64,000 nucleotides of DNA, taken from contig CAXXLV010000002.1 in the NCBI GenBank assembly GCA_963664305.2, forward strand, positions 160,001 to 224,000. The letters run 5' to 3'. Below the pieces are notes generated by a model. The model worked only from the letters and a program-made list of their open reading frames with translations, had not been told where the DNA came from and did not search any database. The stretch's first letter is position 1. Each line of letters opens with the position of its first letter. A program made the position numbers and the translations under genes. Shown here in pieces: positions 57,605 through 64,000 of the stretch. This stretch comes from an uncultured Aliarcobacter sp. GTDB taxonomy: Bacteria > Campylobacterota > Campylobacteria > Campylobacterales > Arcobacteraceae.

Positions 57605-58536
57605 ATTTTCCCTTTTATTAAATTCTCTAAATCAAATTTATCTTTATATTTTATCGTATAAAAAATTATTTCTTCAAATCTATTTTTTGTTAAATTTACA
57701 AAGTCTTCTAAGGCTATTTTTAAATTCTCTTTTTTTACATCTTCAAATCTAAAAATATCATCTTTATAAACATATCTTCCTTTGAAATATGTACTATTTA
57801 AGACCTTATATAAATTTGGTGAAATCTCTATAAAGTTTGAGTCAAAATCACTTTTTTCAACTCCTTCAAAAATACTCAAAGCTTTATTTTCACGAAATTG
57901 AATAGCTTGAGAATAAAGTGGAAGTGCAAGTTTTAATTTTAGTTTATAATTATCAAAATTGTAGTGATATTTTTTTGCAATATCATTATCTAAAATAGAA
58001 TTTTTTGTATTTATATCAGTTATATTTGACATATTGTAGTACATCAAAACTCCATAATCAACAGGTGGAATTCCTGTTTTTACATAATATTTTATTTGAT
58101 GAAGTCTAATTGTTGCACTAATTGTTTTATTTAGTTTAGTTTTTAAATCTTCAAGCAGTTTAAAGTAGTTTGATTGACTTGAATCTGACCAATCACAATC
58201 TATTTGTACTTCTTTAAAATCTAGACTAGTTAATGTTTTTAAAATAGCATTACTTACTAAAGAATAATCTACATTTTTCATAGTTTCATTTGTAATATAA
58301 ACAACTGGAACGAAATCTTTTGGAGTAGTTTTTAGATTTGTTGTAACAAGTTCTAACTTAGTAGAATAAGCAATATCTAAAACTTTTATATAAAGTTTTT
58401 CATTTATATCTTTTTTATCAAAACTATTTTCCCAAGAGTAAAAAGAGATACTCATAGGCTCATTTTTTTTGGTTTGTACAAAAATAAAAGATACAAATAA
58501 AAATATAAGAATAAGAGGTATAAAAAATTTTTTCAT
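57601..58536 (-). CDS. Exported hypothetical protein with GH18-like/DUF3142-like motif
   Basis: N-terminal hydrophobic anchor; EVQIDCDW, SATIRLHQ, PPVD..VLMYYNM, ALPLYS. Confidence 0.7.
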   Translation of the reverse strand: MKKFFIPLILIFLFVSFIFVQTKKNEPMSISFYSWENSFDKKDINEKLYIKVLDIAYSTKLELVTTNLKTTPKDFVPVVYITNETMKNVDYSLVSNAILKTLTSLDFKEVQIDCDWSDSSQSNYFKLLEDLKTKLNKTISATIRLHQIKYYVKTGIPPVDYGVLMYYNMSNITDINTKNSILDNDIAKKYHYNFDNYKLKLKLALPLYSQAIQFRENKALSIFEGVEKSDFDSNFIEISPNLYKVLNSTYFKGRYVYKDDIFRFEDVKKENLKIALEDFVNLTKNRFEEIIFYTIKYKDKFDLENLIKGKI

Positions 58537-58544
58537 AAATTATC

Positions 58545-60170
58545 CTAGAAAGCTTTTACTTTAGTAGCTCTATTTTTTTTCAGCCACTCTTCTTGTAGCT
58601 CTTTACTTTTTTTATTATCTGCACGTTTACTAATAAATCGTGATTTTACATAAGAAGTTGTTTCCTCATTTTCATTATAAGTGTATGTTAGGTTTAAATC
58701 TGCAAGTTGTACCACACTTTTTGCTCTAGTTGCTGCAACATAATAGATATTTAATTCTTCGTTTATTCTTTGATAAGAGAGTCTGTTTTTTGTATTTACA
58801 ATCTCTTTTTTTGAGATAAAATCATCAGCCATCAAAACTTGCTCATACTCTAAACCTTTTGATTTGTGAGTTGTTGTAAAAATAATATCTGCATCTTTTT
58901 TGTCACTAACAAGAAACTCTTTTATTTTTTTATTTATCTCAAAAATATTATCTCCATAAGTATTTATAAACTTGATAATATTTAGATAATCTTGATTTTT
59001 TGTATCTTTTGCAAATTGTTCAAGTTCATTTATTGTTTCAAAATCTTTGATTTCATCTATTGTGATTTTGTCATTTTTTTTCTGTTTTAAATAAAAAATA
59101 GAATAAACAGTTTGGTTCATAAATGAATAAGAGTTATATCCACCTTCAAAATAGATTTTCTTCTTATCATGAATAAAATAAACCAATTGTTGGATTAATC
59201 CAAAAGTACTTCTTGCAATCACGCAAAAAGGTTTAGAAAAATCTATAAACTCCTTTCCTATTTTTGTACTTTTTTCAATTCCTGTAATTTTTAAAAGTTT
59301 ACTACCATTTATCTCATACAAACCATTTAGATAAGATTGTAAAGTTTTTGCATAATTATCACCAAATCTAAAACTTTTTGTTAAATCATAAGAGGGTAAA
59401 TCTATTTTATATAAAGCATTTGTTGCAAATCTAAAACTATAAATTTGTTGAAAAGAATCACCCACATAAATTCTTCTGCAATTCTGATTTTCAACAATTC
59501 CAATCATAACATCACTGATATCTTGTGCTTCATCAATAAGTATTAAATCATAAGGAAGATTTGTTGATATTTTTTTATTTAGATAAAACATTTTTAAATA
59601 AAAATCATGTGTAGCATCTATAGTTTTATTTTTCATACCTGAAAGTATTACTTTTAGATGTTCTAAAACTCTTTTTTCATTTTTATTTAAAATCTCTAAA
59701 ATTTTTGCACCTAAGTCTGATTGTTTTTTATAACTCTCAAGAAGTTTTAAATCTAAAGCAATTAAAGATGAATTACAATAAAAGTTGACTAAATCTTTTA
59801 CTAAAGCTATATATTCCATAGTTGGATAATAACTCTTTTGATTTATTTGAAATTCATGGGTTGTGATAACTTTTTCAATAATATAGTTTTTTAAATCAGC
59901 TGTTAAATTATAATTATAGGCTTCAATTCTGTTATAAGCTAATGAATGTATGGTACTTACATGTAAAAAAGGAAGATTATAATCTTTTAATTTTTCTTGT
60001 AAAGATATTTGTAAAGATTTATTATATGCAAGATATAAAATTTTTAAATGGGAGTTTTTTTTTGCATATTCAAGAAGTGTTGTAGTTTTCCCACTTCCTG
60101 CAACAGCATTTATTTTAAAAGAGAGTTCAGAACTATTGATTATCTCTTCTTGTTCTTTTGTTAATTTCAT
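58545..60170 (-). CDS. UvrD/Rep-like superfamily 1 helicase
   Basis: AVAGSGKTT, LAYNK, STIHS, DEAQD, VGD..QQIY.FR, SFRFG, TTHKSKGLE, YVAATRA. Confidence 0.92.
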   Translation of the reverse strand: MKLTKEQEEIINSSELSFKINAVAGSGKTTTLLEYAKKNSHLKILYLAYNKSLQISLQEKLKDYNLPFLHVSTIHSLAYNRIEAYNYNLTADLKNYIIEKVITTHEFQINQKSYYPTMEYIALVKDLVNFYCNSSLIALDLKLLESYKKQSDLGAKILEILNKNEKRVLEHLKVILSGMKNKTIDATHDFYLKMFYLNKKISTNLPYDLILIDEAQDISDVMIGIVENQNCRRIYVGDSFQQIYSFRFATNALYKIDLPSYDLTKSFRFGDNYAKTLQSYLNGLYEINGSKLLKITGIEKSTKIGKEFIDFSKPFCVIARSTFGLIQQLVYFIHDKKKIYFEGGYNSYSFMNQTVYSIFYLKQKKNDKITIDEIKDFETINELEQFAKDTKNQDYLNIIKFINTYGDNIFEINKKIKEFLVSDKKDADIIFTTTHKSKGLEYEQVLMADDFISKKEIVNTKNRLSYQRINEELNIYYVAATRAKSVVQLADLNLTYTYNENEETTSYVKSRFISKRADNKKSKELQEEWLKKNRATKVKAF

Positions 60171-60176
60171 TTTGGA

Positions 60177-60185
60177 ATTTTAGCA
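60177..60185 (-). promoter_or_regulatory. Extended -10 promoter for a probably leaderless helicase mRNA
   Basis: TGcTAAAAT-tccaaa-ATG; no SD. Confidence 0.6.
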
Positions 60186-60208
60186 AGCTATGCTAAATAG
60201 TATATAAA

Positions 60209-61030
60209 TTACTTTTCATCAAGTAATCTATCTTCCAATATTTCAATAGATTTTTTTAATATCGTTTCATCAAAATTAAACTCTTTTGCTTTTCTTAGAG
60301 CTTTTGCGATTTGAATAGTAGAAAATGGTTCTTTTGGATTACATAATATTTTTGCAATATGTAAGATTTGTGCTTTTTTAAGGAATTCTTCATCACATTT
60401 ATTTAATTCATCTACATATTCTATAGTTTGAATTAGATTTTCACTTAGTTTCCAATGTTTAAATATTTCAGCCGTAACTTGAGATGTTGTCACGCCCAAT
60501 AACTCTTTTTCTATTTCGCTTATCTCTTTTCCCTGAGCCAATTTTTCTTGAAATTTTTCAGTTAAATTATTTGAGATAATTACTTCTGCTAAGATAAATA
60601 ATCCAGTTTGTTGTAAAAGAGCTGGTAAAATCAAATCATCTTTTAACTCAGCATCTTTTTTGCTAATCCAAAGATTGATTAGTGAAGATGTTAATCTTGT
60701 TGATTTTACATAATCATCATGATTTATTCCATAAGGTTTTAAATCAGTTGTTAGCATATTTTGAATAGTTTCATTTATTGCAATAAAAATTGCAAATTTC
60801 ATACCTAAAAGATTAATCAATCTTCCTAATGTTTCAACTTTTGAACGAAAGCCAAACATTGCAGAATTTGAAACTTTTAATAAAGTAGATACGATAAATG
60901 GGTCAGTTTCTAAAATAGATATAAGTTCTTCAACTTCTTGAGACTCTTTTTTTCTAAAAATTTCGATTTTTGTGATGGTTTCTGGAAGAGGTGGAAGGTC
61001 ATTGATTTTTTCAATTATTTTATTTATCAT
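60209..61030 (-). CDS. HDOD domain protein
   Basis: LPPLP, DP....LLK..NSA.FG, LG, E..LLG, HWKL. Confidence 0.9.
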   Translation of the reverse strand: MINKIIEKINDLPPLPETITKIEIFRKKESQEVEELISILETDPFIVSTLLKVSNSAMFGFRSKVETLGRLINLLGMKFAIFIAINETIQNMLTTDLKPYGINHDDYVKSTRLTSSLINLWISKKDAELKDDLILPALLQQTGLFILAEVIISNNLTEKFQEKLAQGKEISEIEKELLGVTTSQVTAEIFKHWKLSENLIQTIEYVDELNKCDEEFLKKAQILHIAKILCNPKEPFSTIQIAKALRKAKEFNFDETILKKSIEILEDRLLDEK

Positions 61031-61102
61031 TTAAAAATTATCCATTTTGAAACTAAGAATATAATCTTTCTTGCGAAAGATTATATTTTAAGTTTTATTA
61101 AA

Positions 61103-62932
61103 CTACAAGAAAATTCTTTTCGTTTCTACTTTTTTGATATCGGCAAAATTATCTAAATAATCCAAATAAGTAATTAAATATTTTCTACTTAAATCAAATT
61201 TATCTTTAAAATTTGAAAGTTCTATAAAACCTTCCTCTTTTATAATATCTTTCATAACTTTTACAATTTTATTTAAGCTTTCAAAATGTATAAAAAGATT
61301 GTGTTGTAGTCTAATAACTTGTTTTTTTGAAGTAAGTGATTTTAGTATATCATCGCCAACTTTTCTATCAATATCTAAATCATCATAAATATTATAAGGT
61401 GCAGTTGGAGTTATATCTTCGTCTTTTAATCTTTGTAAAATAATATTTTCTAAATCTTTAATAAAATCTTCTTCTATATTTGCATTTTTGTATAATGATA
61501 CATCTCTTATTAAAAATCCTTCATTTTCAAGTTCATCAAGAGCTAGTTGAATAAATGCTGTGCTTGCCCATTTTAATCTAAGATTTATAGAAGCATTTGA
61601 AAGTAGGGCATATGAATTTTTTGTATAAATCTCTTTTATAAAATCTTTTATTTCATTTTTTGTGTAAAGTGGATAAATAACAAGCTCTTTTTCATCAACA
61701 AAAACATTTTGCATATTTCTTGCAAAATTAATAGCTTCATCATGAGATAAAGCAAATCTTTGAGTTGAAGAGATAATTCCTAAACCTTTTTTGTGGGCTT
61801 CCAAAAGTTCATTGTATGCTGCTATAAAATCTTTTTTATGTAAAGCTTCTAACAATCTTTTCTTTTGATTTTTTTTCATTGGGTCAATTACTGGATTTAA
61901 AATAACTCCACCACAAATAGTTTCATTTCCATTTCTTAGGATTACTTTTTCTCCAAAAACTGTATAAAGTGGTTCATCAGCTTTTAATGTTGCATAACCT
62001 TCTTCAAGGCTTGTTATACAATCAAAAAGTAAAACTTTTAAATCAATTTTTTTTGCTCCAACAAATAGTGTATAAGTTTGGTTATGATTTAGTTTTTTGT
62101 TTTTTAAACATTTAAAAGAGATATCAATTCCATCAAATCCTCTAATATGTCCTTTTTTTGTGATTAAATCACCTTTTTTTAAAGAGTTAATATTTATATT
62201 TTGAAGATTTAAAGCAGCTCTATTTGAAATATTTGCTTCTAAAACATTAAGATTATGAACTTGAATATTTTTTATTCTTGTCTCTTTTTGGCTTTGGCAA
62301 ATAAAAAGTTTTTCATCTATTTCACATTTTTTTCCTAAAACAGTTCCTGTTACAACTGTTCCAATACCTTTTGGTGAAAAAATTCTATCAACATAAAATC
62401 TAAAAAAGTTTTCTTCTTGTTTTGTACTATTTTTGATGCTAAAAAGTTGAGTTTTTAATTTTTCAATAGAGTTTTCATCATAAATAGATACACAACTAAT
62501 GAATTTAACATCAAAATCAAATCCTTTTAAAAATTCTAAAATCTCTTCTTTTTTTAACTCTAATTCATCAGTTGTAACTAAATCTTTTTTTGTAATAACA
62601 ACTATAATTTCTTTTAATCCTAAAAGATTTATGATTTCTATGTGTTCAATAGTTTGCGGTTTTATTCCTTCATTTGCACTAATAACAAGCATTACATAAT
62701 CAAATCCAAAAGCACCTGCAATCATGTTTTTTACAAGTTTTTCATGTCCTGGTACATCAATAAAAGCTATGTTTTGTTGACCTTGAGTTAGATTTGAAAA
62801 AGATAAATCAATAGTTATACCTCTTTGTTTTTCTTCATTAGTTGTATCTCCCTCAAAACCATTTAATGCACGAATAAGTGCTGTTTTTCCATGGTCAATG
62901 TGACCTGCTGTTCCTATAATAATATTCGACAT
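61103..62932 (-). CDS. selB: Selenocysteine-specific elongation factor SelB
   Basis: GTAGHIDHGKT, RGITIDL.F, DVPGHE, TKKD, C-terminal winged helix (SRKY....L.YLD). Confidence 0.96.
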   Translation of the reverse strand: MSNIIIGTAGHIDHGKTALIRALNGFEGDTTNEEKQRGITIDLSFSNLTQGQQNIAFIDVPGHEKLVKNMIAGAFGFDYVMLVISANEGIKPQTIEHIEIINLLGLKEIIVVITKKDLVTTDELELKKEEILEFLKGFDFDVKFISCVSIYDENSIEKLKTQLFSIKNSTKQEENFFRFYVDRIFSPKGIGTVVTGTVLGKKCEIDEKLFICQSQKETRIKNIQVHNLNVLEANISNRAALNLQNININSLKKGDLITKKGHIRGFDGIDISFKCLKNKKLNHNQTYTLFVGAKKIDLKVLLFDCITSLEEGYATLKADEPLYTVFGEKVILRNGNETICGGVILNPVIDPMKKNQKKRLLEALHKKDFIAAYNELLEAHKKGLGIISSTQRFALSHDEAINFARNMQNVFVDEKELVIYPLYTKNEIKDFIKEIYTKNSYALLSNASINLRLKWASTAFIQLALDELENEGFLIRDVSLYKNANIEEDFIKDLENIILQRLKDEDITPTAPYNIYDDLDIDRKVGDDILKSLTSKKQVIRLQHNLFIHFESLNKIVKVMKDIIKEEGFIELSNFKDKFDLSRKYLITYLDYLDNFADIKKVETKRIFL

Positions 62933-63999
62933 TAGTTACACTTTCTAAATAAATTTTTTAAAATAATTTCAATTTTTTCTATCTCATCTTCTAAAATAGT
63001 TCTAAAATCAAGTAAGACTTTCTCATTTTCAATTCTTGTGATTAAGTTGTTTTTTCTTAGAAGTTCTTCTATTTTGTTTGCTTTATAATTCTCAATTTCT
63101 AAAGATAAGGCAATTGATGGGATTTTTTTATTTGGAGTTGTTCCTCCTCCAATCATTGTTTGAGTTTTTATAACTTCACAATGACAAATATCTTTTAATC
63201 TCTCTTTTAAGCTAGTTGCTCTTTCTTCTAAAGTTTCTAAAGTAGTGTGAAGCATCTTTAAAGTAGGGATGTTTTCTAATTCATTTTTTAAATAAGAGTT
63301 TATTGTATCTTCTAAAAGAGCTAAAGTAATTTTATCAACTCTAAGCATTCTTAAAAGTTGATTTTTTTTAATTTTATCTATTAACTCTTTTTTCCCAATA
63401 ATTATTCCAGCTTGAACACTTCCTAAAAGTTTATCTCCTGAAAAACTCAATAGACTTGGATTATATTTCATAATTTTTAAAATAGATGGTTCATTTGCAT
63501 TTAGATTAAAAGGTAAATCAATCATATGACCACTTCCCATATCATAGTAGTCTATTAGATTATTATCATGTGCTACTTTTACAATCTCTTCAAAATCAAC
63601 TTCACTAGAAAATCCTTCAATTGAGTAGTTTGACTTATGAACTTTCATCAGCATTGAAGTTTTTTCATTTACCGCATTTTCATAATCTCTTAAATGCGTT
63701 TTATTTGTAGTTCCAATCTCTTTTAATATCGCACCACTTTGAGCCATCACTTCTGGAACTCTAAAACTACCACCAATCTCTACAAGCTCACCTCGACTTA
63801 CTACCACTTCCTTATCTTTACAAAATGTGTTTAAAATAAGAAATACTGCACTTGCATTATTGTTGACAACAAGAGCATCTTCACAACCTGTTAGAGCTTT
63901 TAAAGCTTTTGATATGTGTTCATATCTTTCGCCTCTTTTACCTTCTTTTAGGTTATATTCTAAGTTATTATAAGAAGTAGCTATTGTTATAGCTTTTTC
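62932..63999 (-). CDS. selA: L-seryl-tRNA(Sec) selenium transferase SelA, 5' end outside the window
   Basis: Frame is open to the window end: NLEY.L..GKRG.R, VVNNNA.A, SRGELVEIGGSFR, SGDKLLG (PLP lysine). Confidence 0.96.
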   Translation of the reverse strand, partial: EKAITIATSYNNLEYNLKEGKRGERYEHISKALKALTGCEDALVVNNNASAVFLILNTFCKDKEVVVSRGELVEIGGSFRVPEVMAQSGAILKEIGTTNKTHLRDYENAVNEKTSMLMKVHKSNYSIEGFSSEVDFEEIVKVAHDNNLIDYYDMGSGHMIDLPFNLNANEPSILKIMKYNPSLLSFSGDKLLGSVQAGIIIGKKELIDKIKKNQLLRMLRVDKITLALLEDTINSYLKNELENIPTLKMLHTTLETLEERATSLKERLKDICHCEVIKTQTMIGGGTTPNKKIPSIALSLEIENYKANKIEELLRKNNLITRIENEKVLLDFRTILEDEIEKIEIILKNLFRKCN

Positions 64000-64000
64000 T

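Noticed and set aside
301..62699. Many 60-175 aa ORFs overlapping longer genes on the opposite strand or in another frame (e.g. 7931-8305, 51460-51984, 53917-54288, 57151-57516)
   Set aside because: Shadow ORFs of AT-rich coding DNA, Phe/Leu/Ser/Ile-biased, with no SD or motifs
61103..64000. Selenoprotein gene or selC near selAB
   Set aside because: I saw no tRNA-Sec and no coding region interrupted by an in-frame TGA; a SECIS search could not be run
1..64000. CRISPR array, prophage or IS element
   Set aside because: No regularly spaced direct repeats, phage structural genes or transposase motifs were seen

Overview
Very AT-rich, gene-dense bacterial chromosome segment. Gene content (ciaB, htpG, selAB, many GGDEF/EAL and hybrid kinase genes) and TGn-TAnAAT promoters with AAGGA ribosome-binding sites point to Campylobacterota, most likely Arcobacteraceae (inference). 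It holds about 55 CDS: housekeeping genes (ybaK, NAD-GDH, htpG, pxpABC, dbpA, ppiC, pdxH, selB, partial selA), a PqiA/PqiA/7-MCE lipid transport operon, about 12 signalling genes, and a four-tRNA operon (Gln-Tyr-Phe-Leu). I saw no integrase, transposase, prophage or CRISPR array. The most interesting signals are not in the ORF track: (1) a 124-bp TA-bounded hairpin element on the htpG stop codon whose core resembles enterobacterial ERIC repeats; (2) two genes that appear to start at ATA with identical SD geometry; (3) two probable leaderless genes, one of them (PIN-PhoH) behind a pho-box-like repeat; (4) a CIRCE upstream of htpG; (5) a missed 39-aa Cys-rich membrane peptide behind a Fur-box-like site; (6) a CxxCH heme-c sensor GGDEF-EAL protein next to a globin; (7) an uncharacterised exported pair (GH18-like barrel plus large helical protein). 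All family calls come from motif recognition by eye; no database searches were run.
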